Shown here piece after piece: positions 1 through 9,352 of a DNA stretch of 64,000 bases (position 1 is the first letter of the stretch; each line of letters begins with the position of its first letter). Origin of the DNA: an uncultured virus (IMG/VR IMGVR_UViG_3300032093_000023) (lineage: Duplodnaviria > Heunggongvirae > Uroviricota > Caudoviricetes); IMG/VR virus record IMGVR_UViG_3300032093_000023, one strand, 5' to 3'. Both the position numbers and the translations under genes were made by a program. The notes beneath the pieces were generated by a model, which did not search any database, was not told the DNA's origin, and saw nothing but the letters and a program-made list of their open reading frames with translations.

Positions 1-157
1 CTTCACCTGTTTTAGAACCAGGGTCATTCTCACTAAAAGCTCTTACGGCACCTACATTACCTGGATTTGTAGCTACATCTGTTTCTGTTACTACTTTAGC
101 AGCATTAAAACTATTTACTTCTTGTTCATAAGTTGAACCTTTAACTCTTATACTCAT
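1..157 (-). CDS. Partial CDS (5' end, runs off the window), probable tail/structural protein
   Basis: ATG at 157-155 overlaps the stop of the upstream gene (TAATG); open frame MSIRVKGSTYEQEVNSFNAAKVVTETDVATNPGNVG... Confidence 0.6.
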   Translation of the reverse strand, partial: MSIRVKGSTYEQEVNSFNAAKVVTETDVATNPGNVGAVRAFSENDPGSKTGE

Positions 158-753
158 TATATTATTTCTTTATAAGTTATTTTATATCTTCCCCAAGTTA
201 AATTATGTGCTACTGCAATAATATCAAAACTTGTATTTGGTGTTATGTTATAAACAGAGGCTATTATGTTTTCTAAATAAACATCTTCATCTGTATGATC
301 AACTCCATCATTTTCTACAAAGCATTGAATCTTAGTAGTCGCTGTAATCCATGGAGCTAATACTGTTGTAATTACTAAATCATTTTCAGATAGTACTCCA
401 TCATTACCAAAATCTATATTTACACTTCCTGAATGTAAAGCTGCTACTTCTTGTATTACTACTAATTCTGCATCAGTTACATAGTTTCTATCAGTACTAG
501 GAGCTATATCAGCTGTTGTAGCATCAGCTCCTGCGGTAACTAAACCTTTACTATCATAAGTAATTTTAGTTTTAGTTGCTCCTGTAATAGGGGTATTTTC
601 ATCTACTTTAGCATCTAAGGCATTTTGTAAATCTGTTTGATTAGCTAAAAAACCTGTAATAGTACCCCATATAGAAGAACCACCACCACCTCCTCCACCT
701 TCTTTTGTGGTAGAAGTAAAGATTTTAAATTTTTTAAATAAATTGTTACTCAT
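157..753 (-). CDS. Tail fibre/spike-associated protein
   Basis: Gly-rich linker, WGTITGFLANQTDLQNALDAK and TKITYDSKGLVTAG motifs typical of phage fibre proteins; lies in the tail module. Confidence 0.6.
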   Translation of the reverse strand: MSNNLFKKFKIFTSTTKEGGGGGGGSSIWGTITGFLANQTDLQNALDAKVDENTPITGATKTKITYDSKGLVTAGADATTADIAPSTDRNYVTDAELVVIQEVAALHSGSVNIDFGNDGVLSENDLVITTVLAPWITATTKIQCFVENDGVDHTDEDVYLENIIASVYNITPNTSFDIIAVAHNLTWGRYKITYKEII

Positions 754-950
754 TATTTCTTAATTTTAGTTTCTAACCATTCTTTTCTCCATTTCCAAAT
801 AGTGTATGCCACAGTAATAGCGATACCTAATATTCCAAATATATCTTTATATTGTGATAAAGTATAACTTCCAATAGTCATAAGTGGTACATCTATTAAA
901 TCCAATAGCCTATTTAATTTGTGATGAATAATATCTAGATAATGTTTCAT
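753..950 (-). CDS. Small membrane protein, holin-like
   Basis: 65 aa, hydrophobic segment DIFGILGIAITVAYTIW followed by a basic C-terminus. Confidence 0.45.
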   Translation of the reverse strand: MKHYLDIIHHKLNRLLDLIDVPLMTIGSYTLSQYKDIFGILGIAITVAYTIWKWRKEWLETKIKK

Positions 951-1071
951 TGTTCAGTTTTAACAATTTGTACCATAAAGTTTAATATTTTCTTAATTTT
1001 TTAATTTCAATCACTTGCTTAGTTTTTTTTAATTCAGTTAGTTCTATTTTTTTAATTACTTTTTCCATAAA

Positions 1072-1434
1072 TTATACATTCATATCTATTGCTCTAATAC
1101 AATGATTTGGTTTTTTATCTATTTTTTCTAAAAAATTATACCAAAACATACCATTACTAAATCCTTTTTTAGTCAGGGTTGAAGTTAAGAAATTTTTTCC
1201 AATTACGCTACTCATAGTTTCTTTTGGATTACCAAATTTATAACCATCTTTAGTAATCAGTAATTTATTAGCAATTGGAGCTAGTAAAACATTTAGATAC
1301 CTATCTTTAGCTAAAGCTAAATCTCTATTGTATTTATTATCATCTTTAATTGTAATAAGGCTATAAAACCAAGCCCATCGCCTTAGTACCCATATAGCTA
1401 GTGTAGCAATTATGTTAAGTAAAAAGCCTATCAT
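1072..1434 (-). CDS. Hypothetical membrane-associated phage protein
   Basis: N-terminal hydrophobic helix; FGNPKETMSSVIGKN ... NHC motif. Confidence 0.5.
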   Translation of the reverse strand: MIGFLLNIIATLAIWVLRRWAWFYSLITIKDDNKYNRDLALAKDRYLNVLLAPIANKLLITKDGYKFGNPKETMSSVIGKNFLTSTLTKKGFSNGMFWYNFLEKIDKKPNHCIRAIDMNV

Positions 1435-1444
1435 TATAATCTAA

Positions 1445-1843
1445 TTATAAAATTATTTTTTCTCTAGTATCTCTTCTTAAAGGATAATTATTTGCTGCAT
1501 TTAAAGAAAGTATTAATATATTTTCTAAAGTTTCTCTAGCTGGATTAATAATACCTGTGTAACCTAATGAATTAATAAATCCTGTTAATACAGCAAGTGG
1601 CTCTTGTTTCCATCCTTCAACATCATTAATAGTTTCAGGTAAATCTTGTAAAGTGTACCATTTTAATTCACTTTTAATTACATTACCGTTTGGATATAAT
1701 TCACGCTCATGATATTTTACTTTACAAAATAAAACTTCATCAGTTTCTGAAATTTCAGTATCTAAACCTGCAAATTTTCTTTGAACTGTCACACCATTTC
1801 TCAATTCAGTAAGTGTTATCCATTCATTATTTATTGTTGTCAT
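1445..1843 (-). CDS. Hypothetical protein (tail module)
   Basis: 132 aa ORF, co-directional and tightly packed with neighbours. Confidence 0.5.
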   Translation of the reverse strand: MTTINNEWITLTELRNGVTVQRKFAGLDTEISETDEVLFCKVKYHERELYPNGNVIKSELKWYTLQDLPETINDVEGWKQEPLAVLTGFINSLGYTGIINPARETLENILILSLNAANNYPLRRDTREKIIL

Positions 1844-1856
1844 TTTATATATATAT

Positions 1857-2948
1857 TTATTGTATTAACCACCAAGAACCTTGACCTATTTCCCAATTAA
1901 TTGTATTATTTAAAACACCAAATGAAGACTTAATTGTTTGACCGCCACTACTATCAATCCAAGTCCCATTTGTATTTTGTACGTTTTGAGTTGCCGCAGG
2001 GTTTAAATTAAAATAAGCGTGTGCAGTTGTTGAACTTACTACTGTAATTAAACTTCCAGATGCTCCTGTTAACGTTAATGAATTATTAATAGTATATGTT
2101 ATTCCGTTCTTTAAAGTAATAGTTCTTCCTGCCGTTACACTTGATAAATTTGAAGTAGTAAATCCTGCTGTTCCTGAAAAAATAACATTTCCCACACTCG
2201 CTAAATTTAATGTGGTACAAGTCAATAAACTATTAACTATAACTGTACCTGTTGTAATTGTTACTATATTCCAATTAATACCATTTGTATCGAGAGTAGT
2301 TGATGCCCCGATTGAAAGTGTAGAGCTAGTTGTTATAACGGTACCAGCTATATATGTTAATGTTCCTGTGTTAAATTGTAAAGTACCACTTATTGTTATT
2401 GTACCAACTGTGTTAATAGTTAATGAATTTTTAAACCCACTTGAAGTCCAAGTGCCAGTTCCAATAAGTTCAAAAACAGTAGTCCCTCCATTTGTGTTAT
2501 TCGCTAAAGAACCCCCGATTAACATTTTATTTCCGTTAAAAGTTGCAATGTTTGTAAGAAAAGAAACAGATCCTGATATAGTTAAATTATCAGCAAGTGT
2601 TACAATTTGACTACCTGCTGTCATATTAAAATCTACAGAATTAGGAAATGTTTTACCATTTGATGTTATTGTAGAGGTTGCTCCTATTGTTAATTTACTA
2701 GTTCCTGAAATAGTCATAGCTGCAACAAATGTTATACTACCATTTACAACAAGAACACCATTCATAGTCAATGTGTTTACGTAATTTGTAAAATCAATAC
2801 CTGCAATTGTAAACGTTGTATTAACTGTTAATTGGCCACTTGTTGCAGTAAATGCAATAGTATCCGTAGACAAAGGGACTATTCCCCCTACATACGTTGC
2901 GCCTGCATTTATATTACCTCCTCCATTAGCTACTGTAAAAACTGCCAT
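1857..2948 (-). CDS. Beta-helix/beta-rich tail fibre or spike protein
   Basis: Thr/Gly/Ser/Asn-rich repetitive beta strands; duplicated LxIGAxxTxxxNG motif. Confidence 0.6.
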   Translation of the reverse strand: MAVFTVANGGGNINAGATYVGGIVPLSTDTIAFTATSGQLTVNTTFTIAGIDFTNYVNTLTMNGVLVVNGSITFVAAMTISGTSKLTIGATSTITSNGKTFPNSVDFNMTAGSQIVTLADNLTISGSVSFLTNIATFNGNKMLIGGSLANNTNGGTTVFELIGTGTWTSSGFKNSLTINTVGTITISGTLQFNTGTLTYIAGTVITTSSTLSIGASTTLDTNGINWNIVTITTGTVIVNSLLTCTTLNLASVGNVIFSGTAGFTTSNLSSVTAGRTITLKNGITYTINNSLTLTGASGSLITVVSSTTAHAYFNLNPAATQNVQNTNGTWIDSSGGQTIKSSFGVLNNTINWEIGQGSWWLIQ

Positions 2949-2954
2949 AACTTA

Positions 2955-4142
2955 CTATATTGAATATGAATAAACCCAACAATTATAAATTCCTGTAGAA
3001 GCATTGTATCTAAAACCTACTGCTAAATTTTTACCTATAATTGTAGTAGTCGGTAACGATGCAAAAAAACTTGAAAATTTTGAACCCCATGTTATTGTTC
3101 GTGCCACACCATTATCTTTAATGTTTATAATTAAAGATTTAAAGTTTCCGTTAACTCCACTTAATCCAGAAGTCATTGAAGTTATATTAGTAGCTAATGC
3201 CGTAATATTTACAATATCATAAAGACTTACATCTATTGTTGGGGTTGCAGAAGAAGTAATTGTTAAAACTCTTGGGTCTATTTTAGCATAAGTAGATAAA
3301 TCAGGAGCTACTCCTGCTGCTGAATCTGTTACTAAGATATAACCAATTAACGCTGTATTAGCAGGTTGTGTTGGTAATGCAGCATATTCACTCTCAGTAC
3401 CTTCTACTTTTACAATAGTATTTGAAGTATTACCATAAAATCCAACATATCTTTGTAATCCTGCTGAACTTAATGCAACTGAAAAATCAGTATCTATTGC
3501 TGTTGTGTAATTACTTGGAGATATAAACCATACAGCAGCAGCTACTCTTACGTTATTTGCACCAAATGTACCAATAGTAATAACCCCGCCACTTGTTAAT
3601 CCATTTACTTTATCTTGCTTACCTAATAAAGCATCAATAACAGTGTCCTCACTAGGTGCTTTGTCCGTAACGCCATTAGTGAGTGTTTGAGATATAGGAA
3701 AGTCAGATAGTTCTACAGTTTCAATAATATTAGTATATGTTAAATTACTATAATTAATAGCTTTTATCTTAATAGAATATATTAATGCTACATCAGTATC
3801 TGTATAAGTTCCTGATGCTACCCAAGCTCCTGTTGTTTCATTTAAACTAGCAGTTACTACCGTACCACCAACTGTTTTAGGACTTTCAAAAGTTGGTTTA
3901 TTCGAGCCATCAATCTTTGAAAGAATGCAGTTACCCGATAACCCAAATTCCCCTGCGTTGATAATTGCTCCTGTAGGAATTGTGAGGCTTCCGCTTGCTC
4001 CTGACACAATCTCATAATATGTAATTTTGTATTCATTGTTTTCTAAATTTGTTACACGACCATTTAAGGTAGGATCAGAACCGCCGCTTCCACTTGAAGG
4101 TGTTGTAAATATTCTAACTTTACTAAATAAGGAGTTAGCCAT
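2955..4142 (-). CDS. Tail fibre protein
   Basis: TLTNGVTDKAPSEDTVIDALLGKQDK fibre motif; C-terminal IKDNGVARTITWG...LPTTT domain common in phage fibres; N-terminus resembles 157..753. Confidence 0.65.
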   Translation of the reverse strand: MANSLFSKVRIFTTPSSGSGGSDPTLNGRVTNLENNEYKITYYEIVSGASGSLTIPTGAIINAGEFGLSGNCILSKIDGSNKPTFESPKTVGGTVVTASLNETTGAWVASGTYTDTDVALIYSIKIKAINYSNLTYTNIIETVELSDFPISQTLTNGVTDKAPSEDTVIDALLGKQDKVNGLTSGGVITIGTFGANNVRVAAAVWFISPSNYTTAIDTDFSVALSSAGLQRYVGFYGNTSNTIVKVEGTESEYAALPTQPANTALIGYILVTDSAAGVAPDLSTYAKIDPRVLTITSSATPTIDVSLYDIVNITALATNITSMTSGLSGVNGNFKSLIINIKDNGVARTITWGSKFSSFFASLPTTTIIGKNLAVGFRYNASTGIYNCWVYSYSI

Positions 4143-4147
4143 TATAA

Positions 4148-4498
4148 TTATTTATAATATTGTATATTTAATTTATGTGTTCCTGCACCTACTTGAATAG
4201 CTCTAAAGTTTTCTAAATTAGGTCTACCTTCAATATCTACACCGTCTAAATTACTTCTTCTAATACCTGTAGAAGCAGTGGGTAATGTTGTATTACCTAA
4301 TTCTAAATAACGGATAGCAGGAGTAGTTAAATCTGATTCTACTTCTATTAAAGCATAAGTAGCATCAGCTGGTACAGTTAATGCTACAGCAGTCCCTCCA
4401 ACAACTAATTGTTGGTATCCTATTGCTGTTAAATTATATCTTTGTTGTCTAAGTAATTGATCTAAATAACTCTTTGACTGATTTCCAAATTGTGACAT
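4148..4498 (-). CDS. Structural/tail protein, hypothetical
   Basis: GYQQL...LTVPADATYALI...IRY...PTASTG pattern seen in small phage virion proteins. Confidence 0.5.
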   Translation of the reverse strand: MSQFGNQSKSYLDQLLRQQRYNLTAIGYQQLVVGGTAVALTVPADATYALIEVESDLTTPAIRYLELGNTTLPTASTGIRRSNLDGVDIEGRPNLENFRAIQVGAGTHKLNIQYYK

Positions 4499-4508
4499 TG
4501 TATTTATT

Positions 4509-4814
4509 TTATTGAGTTAATTGGCAATCACATATATCACATGTTGCCATTATTTGATGAGCCATTAAATCTTGTTGTTCTTCTGTTAAACAGTTAATTG
4601 AATCATTAGTAACATTAATATCTGTACTAAAGTTATAACATCTTAATACTTCTATTTTATCATTAAGTAATTTAAGTTTAATTAATTCTTTATCTGCACA
4701 ACTATTACCTATGGAGTATAGTTTAGATACTTCTTTAGCCTTAGTTGCAGAACAACATAAGGCATTAGTTAATATTAAATTTAAATTAGACTCTGTCATA
4801 AGATTATCCAGCAA
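4509..4814 (-). CDS. Cys-rich hypothetical tail-module protein
   Basis: ORF track; CC and CxxCxC motifs. Confidence 0.45.
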   Translation of the reverse strand: MLDNLMTESNLNLILTNALCCSATKAKEVSKLYSIGNSCADKELIKLKLLNDKIEVLRCYNFSTDINVTNDSINCLTEEQQDLMAHQIMATCDICDCQLTQ

Positions 4815-5304
4815 TCATACTTATATACAAGTAAGTATCGGAAGCAGAATCACCGTTACTATCTGTTACAGTACATTTCAGTAAACCAAAAATACCAGCA
4901 TTACTAGTAGCTATAGCATCAAATGCTTGTGTATATATCCCTATATTAAATAATACATTATTTGCTGTAATAGGACTATCAAAAATAAACCATGGAGTTG
5001 CACCATCAAATCCCGAGTTTATATTGTCTGCCCATTCCCATAAATAAGTATAAGGAGCTGTACCACCTGTAGTAGTAGTAAAGGCTCTAGGACCTCCTTC
5101 AGTTATTTCTATTGAAGAGATTTTTAAAGTTACACATGAACATGTCCCAGTAGGGCCTTGAGGACCAGTAGCTCCAGTAGCTCCAGCTGGTCCTGTTGCA
5201 CCAGGTGCTCCAATAGGTATTGTTAATTCTTTGCAGTTACACATACAAAATTTATTTAAAAGTTTACATATTAATAATATAAGGTTTTTTTTCATCATTT
5301 GCAA
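4804..5304 (-). CDS. Collagen-repeat fibre protein with C-terminal Ig/PKD-like domain (true start probably the internal MCNCKE)
   Basis: GAPGATGPAGATGATGPQGPTG Gly-X-Y run; GGTAPYTYLW and CTVTDSNG motifs. Confidence 0.65.
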   Translation of the reverse strand: MQMMKKNLILLICKLLNKFCMCNCKELTIPIGAPGATGPAGATGATGPQGPTGTCSCVTLKISSIEITEGGPRAFTTTTGGTAPYTYLWEWADNINSGFDGATPWFIFDSPITANNVLFNIGIYTQAFDAIATSNAGIFGLLKCTVTDSNGDSASDTYLYISMIAG

Positions 5305-5867
5305 GTTTTACATCCACTATTTAAGCATAATTTATCAATTATCTTTTTAATGCTTGTAAATGTTGCATTATCCCCACATTCTGCGGCATTCTCTAGTGAA
5401 TCAAACATAGTTTTAGCTTTTAGATATTCTTTTTCAGAATCATCTTGAGGACAACTATCACAAGTATTTACATTAGCTAACATATTACTTATACAACATC
5501 TCGTATTACAAGTAAAATATTTATAGATTCCTGTAGAATATACTTCATCGTTATCATCTACTACAGTATATACAAAGTACCATTGACCATCAGTTATGGT
5601 TGTAGGGTTGCCCATATCAGATAATGGAATATTATAAGAAGTTCCTTTTACAATAGAAGGAAATCCTTCAGCTTTTAAGTCTATAGTATATTCTATATTA
5701 TCTGGTCCTTTAATTAGTAATGTTGCGGATACTATATTACTTGTAGGTATATTAGGATCATCCCAACCACCAAGATTAGCTAGACTATATATTCCAGTAT
5801 TTTCAGAAAATTGCAATTGTGTACAACCATTGATTACACATATATCAAATTGTAAGTTAAGTGCCAT
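5295..5867 (-). CDS. Tail hub/Ig-like structural protein with Cys-rich C-terminus
   Basis: ITDGQWYFVYTV beta motif, C-terminal CxxC/CxxCK; position in the crAss-like tail block. Confidence 0.5.
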   Translation of the reverse strand: MALNLQFDICVINGCTQLQFSENTGIYSLANLGGWDDPNIPTSNIVSATLLIKGPDNIEYTIDLKAEGFPSIVKGTSYNIPLSDMGNPTTITDGQWYFVYTVVDDNDEVYSTGIYKYFTCNTRCCISNMLANVNTCDSCPQDDSEKEYLKAKTMFDSLENAAECGDNATFTSIKKIIDKLCLNSGCKTCK

Positions 5868-5894
5868 TGATTTTGTTTAATTTGCTTTATAAAT

Positions 5895-5938
5895 AAAGCC
5901 CCTGGAAAACTTTAAGGAAGAGAAACCAGGGGCTAATT
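5895..5938 (-). terminator. Intrinsic terminator-like hairpin after the 440 aa structural gene
   Basis: agcccctgg ... ccaggggct inverted repeat with an AT-rich tail. Confidence 0.55.
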
Positions 5939-6002
5939 ATACTAATTAAGGCTTTAAAGATTGACACATCAGAATGATGTGGATTGTAGTCTAAGGACTA
6001 GA

Positions 6003-7325
6003 CTATGCGATTAATACTGCAGTACTAATTTTAGTTGGAGTTCCAGCTAACCAAGCACCTATATTAGTAAGTAATTCAACACCTTCTGTTGAGTAACTTC
6101 CTGTGTCTAATGTTCTATCAAATGGATCAGCAGAACTAACATTAATAGATGGAGTAGCTATAATGATTGCTTTTTGAGCTAATGCTTGAATATCTGCCCC
6201 TGAAGTGAAAGTGTTGTCTGCAAAAGTTATAGTTAAAGTATCATAGAAATATTTTACTAAGAATGCTGTACCTGCTACAACTGCTGTTAAAGGAGATGTG
6301 ATCACAAATTTAGTAGAACTGATTATGTATTTAATCTCATAAGCAACACTATTTAAAGTAATTAATTCACCTGCTCTTAAACCTGCTGTAGAAGTAGCAA
6401 CTTCAACTACATCATATCCTACTGTATTAGCTCCTAATACACCAGTTGATGCTGCAGATAAAGCTCCTGTTGGAGTAGTTGCTGCTGCAACAACACTTCC
6501 AGATAAATAACCTGTATTAACTACATTAAATTTAACTGCTTGTGCTGGCCATAATCTACGGTTAGATAAACCTTCGTATTGGTATTCAAAGTTCTCTTTG
6601 TTATAGATTTGATTATAAGTACCTTCTCCATAAGAGTTAGCAGAAATTTGAGTACAAGAAGTAGATCCAAATCCTGTAGAATCATCTATATGACAAGAGA
6701 AATATACACGGTTTTCTTTAAAAGTACTAGATTGAAATTGTTCAATATCTTTAGCTGTAATTTCTACACCATAAGCAGTTGCACCAGTTAATCCCATTGC
6801 TCCTGAACCATTACCTACTAATAATGCTACAATTAATGATTTAAAACCACTATTATTAATATTATCTCTTAATTGAGTTGCAACACTTAATTGTGATGCC
6901 GAAACACTAGAAGTAAAGTTAATTCTTAATACTTCTGGACGTTCAGAATATAAAGATTTATCATTTTTAAAACGAATACTAGCTGTATAATCAGAAGAAG
7001 CATTTACTTCAATTGAACCTGTAGCTAATTTACGATCATATCCAATAGCCCATACTTCACGAGATGCTGGAGCATATTTTTCAAAACGTGCAGATTTTAC
7101 TGCAATACCATTAATTCTCATTGATTTTTTAAATGAACCATCTGAATACGTTTCAGAAAACTGAATATCATTTGTTGCTGTTCCTGCTATATAAGGTTCT
7201 GCTGCACCTAAAGCTGTTTGATTAGCTTTAAACATACCTAATTTACCTGGAGTTAATGTGTTTACATCTGTTTGAAATGCACCACCTGTCCCTACGAAAA
7301 TGTTTGTTACTTTATGAATTGACAT
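6003..7325 (-). CDS. Conserved crAss-like virion structural protein (auxiliary capsid/gene-74-like)
   Basis: 440 aa downstream of the MCP block; synteny with the crAss-like head module. Confidence 0.55.
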   Translation of the reverse strand: MSIHKVTNIFVGTGGAFQTDVNTLTPGKLGMFKANQTALGAAEPYIAGTATNDIQFSETYSDGSFKKSMRINGIAVKSARFEKYAPASREVWAIGYDRKLATGSIEVNASSDYTASIRFKNDKSLYSERPEVLRINFTSSVSASQLSVATQLRDNINNSGFKSLIVALLVGNGSGAMGLTGATAYGVEITAKDIEQFQSSTFKENRVYFSCHIDDSTGFGSTSCTQISANSYGEGTYNQIYNKENFEYQYEGLSNRRLWPAQAVKFNVVNTGYLSGSVVAAATTPTGALSAASTGVLGANTVGYDVVEVATSTAGLRAGELITLNSVAYEIKYIISSTKFVITSPLTAVVAGTAFLVKYFYDTLTITFADNTFTSGADIQALAQKAIIIATPSINVSSADPFDRTLDTGSYSTEGVELLTNIGAWLAGTPTKISTAVLIA

Positions 7326-7371
7326 TGTTTTTAATTTTTAAAATTTATTTATTATTTAAGATATTTATTAA

Positions 7372-7782
7372 TTAGTTTACTACAAAATTAAAAATTAATG
7401 CTGTAGTAATATTCCCACCTGTAGCATTAAGATAGCGTATTTTAAAAGACCCTGCTGTAATACTTTCAATACTAAAATGTACACCATAAGCGGTTAAGTT
7501 TGTTGTATCCATATTTGCAATAACAACGGAATCCGCTTTTACAGCCGAGTTATTTACTGTAAATACAACATTAGTTGCTGTAGATAAAGACGTTGTATTT
7601 GTAGTAATTACACCTTTTGTAGCATTTAATGTTACTTCATTAGTGCGATTAGTTGTTTGAGTTACTGTACCAGATGTACCATTTACTTCATCAATGATTT
7701 CATCAATCTTTGAAGACAGTACTTTGACATTTGGAATTTGTGCTCCTAAGAATTGCTTAGGGGATGTTTTTGATATTGCCAT
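7372..7782 (-). CDS. Head fibre/decoration-like protein
   Basis: GTVTQTTNRTNEVTLNATKGVITT ... FTVNNSAVKADSVV motif common in small phage virion proteins. Confidence 0.5.
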   Translation of the reverse strand: MAISKTSPKQFLGAQIPNVKVLSSKIDEIIDEVNGTSGTVTQTTNRTNEVTLNATKGVITTNTTSLSTATNVVFTVNNSAVKADSVVIANMDTTNLTAYGVHFSIESITAGSFKIRYLNATGGNITTALIFNFVVN

Positions 7783-7797
7783 TTTAAATTAAATTTA

Positions 7798-8475
7798 TTA
7801 TTCGTTAGTGTTATTAATCAAAGGATTAAATGATTGTGTTCTTTTACCCTCTATTCCTTCTAATGCAATGCTTACTGCGGTGTCTACTAATTCATTATGA
7901 ATATGTTCTGATAATTCACAAGTAATATTTCCAGATAAACTCATTTTAACAGGTTGTCTTAAATATCGTAATTGATAATCTACAATTGTACAATTTGATA
8001 TTAATTCAACTTTTCCTGCTATCATAAGTCTAAGAACTTTTTCATTATTAGGTTTAGCAAAAGGATCTTTTAAAGATTTAGATGCTTCTAAATGAGTAAT
8101 TGGTATTACTTCAACTCTTTGTGTTATTGGAGTACCACAATTAGTACAAGTTATTCCAGCTCTCTCCTGTATAGTAAACCAATGGTTAGTTGGTAAATTT
8201 ACAAATCTAGCATTAGCATCTATATTGTTTACTGAGTAAGCTAAAGGAGTTAGTATTGTATTTTCTGTAATATTCTTTAAATCCTCTGTACGCTTCTGAG
8301 TTTCTTCAAAAGATTGTCTTTTAGCATTATTAAAACCATACCTTTGTTTAATTAACCTATCCTGAGCATTATTCAATATCAAATCAATCTCTTCAGGTAA
8401 GAAGTTAGGATAGTTTAAGGCATCCATTTTATCTAACCTAAATTTAAATTCAATATGAAATTGAGATATTGTCAT
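7798..8475 (-). CDS. Head-tail adaptor/ring protein
   Basis: FLPEEIDLILNNAQ and YLRQP...CELSEHIHNELVDTAV motifs typical of crAss-like ring (P22 gp4-like) proteins. Confidence 0.7.
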   Translation of the reverse strand: MTISQFHIEFKFRLDKMDALNYPNFLPEEIDLILNNAQDRLIKQRYGFNNAKRQSFEETQKRTEDLKNITENTILTPLAYSVNNIDANARFVNLPTNHWFTIQERAGITCTNCGTPITQRVEVIPITHLEASKSLKDPFAKPNNEKVLRLMIAGKVELISNCTIVDYQLRYLRQPVKMSLSGNITCELSEHIHNELVDTAVSIALEGIEGKRTQSFNPLINNTNE

Positions 8476-9272
8476 TATTCAGCTTTAACTTTCTTTGGTT
8501 TTAATTTACTTTCTAAAGCTAATTTAACAGCTTGGTTTTTTAAGTCTGATAAGTAACTTACTACTTCATCAGTTGAACTACCTAATAAGTCTTCACCATT
8601 ATAAAAATAAGTTCCTTTCTTTTTAAGAATACCTTTCTCAATTAAGGCTTCAATTAAACCTCTTACTGGAGTATCTTTAGCTGTAGCTAAACGAATAAAC
8701 TCTTTAGGATCAGATTTAACTTGTTTATACAATTCAGTCTTAACCATAGTTTCAGACATTGTATCTACACCTTTCTTACCATAGATTCTCAATAGACCTT
8801 TTCTTTCTTCGATAGTTGCATTACTGAAAGCCTCAATAGCTGCAAACTCGAATTCCATTTTAGCATCTTCAATCTTAGAAGCAGCTTCTGGATCATATAT
8901 GTAGAATCTAGCTGTAGAGTTTCCAACAACGTCATGCTCTGTATTAGCAATCCAATCATGTTGTTGTAACATTCTAAACTTTAATTCATCATAATCATTT
9001 ACTATATTAAATATAGTCAATTTATCATTTCTTAATCGTACTTCCATATCACCCCAGAACTCACCATTTCTAGCACTTAAAGTTCCTTTAGGTAAGTTTA
9101 ACTTTTCTTCATAATGTTTTTGATCTTCTAAAGACAATCCAGTTTTATACAAACCATTTTGACTTAGTTGAGCACCTTGAATTACAGTTAAAGTCTTGTT
9201 GTAATAAGATTGACCTGAAAATTTGTTTCGTATGATAGGTCTAATAACATACTGTTTTAATTGTTCTTCCAT
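8475..9272 (-). CDS. Conserved crAss-like head-module protein (gene-75-like)
   Basis: Immediately downstream of MCP; C-terminal GILKKKGTYFYNGEDLLG...YLSDLKNQ pattern. Confidence 0.6.
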   Translation of the reverse strand: MEEQLKQYVIRPIIRNKFSGQSYYNKTLTVIQGAQLSQNGLYKTGLSLEDQKHYEEKLNLPKGTLSARNGEFWGDMEVRLRNDKLTIFNIVNDYDELKFRMLQQHDWIANTEHDVVGNSTARFYIYDPEAASKIEDAKMEFEFAAIEAFSNATIEERKGLLRIYGKKGVDTMSETMVKTELYKQVKSDPKEFIRLATAKDTPVRGLIEALIEKGILKKKGTYFYNGEDLLGSSTDEVVSYLSDLKNQAVKLALESKLKPKKVKAE

Positions 9273-9299
9273 TGTTTTAATAATTTGCCTTTATTAGTT

Positions 9300-9351
9300 T
9301 AAAAATAAAGAGTGTTTGGGTAAGGTACACTCTTCAAAACCTTTTATTTTT
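9300..9351 (-). terminator. Hairpin/terminator after the major capsid gene
   Basis: aagagtgt ... acactctt stem nested in aaaaataaa ... tttattttt. Confidence 0.5.
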
Positions 9352-9352
9352 A

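Noticed and set aside
157..7782. Diversity-generating retroelement or invertible tail-fibre locus
   Set aside because: No reverse transcriptase, recombinase, adenine-variant repeat pair or inverted fibre segments are visible in the window.
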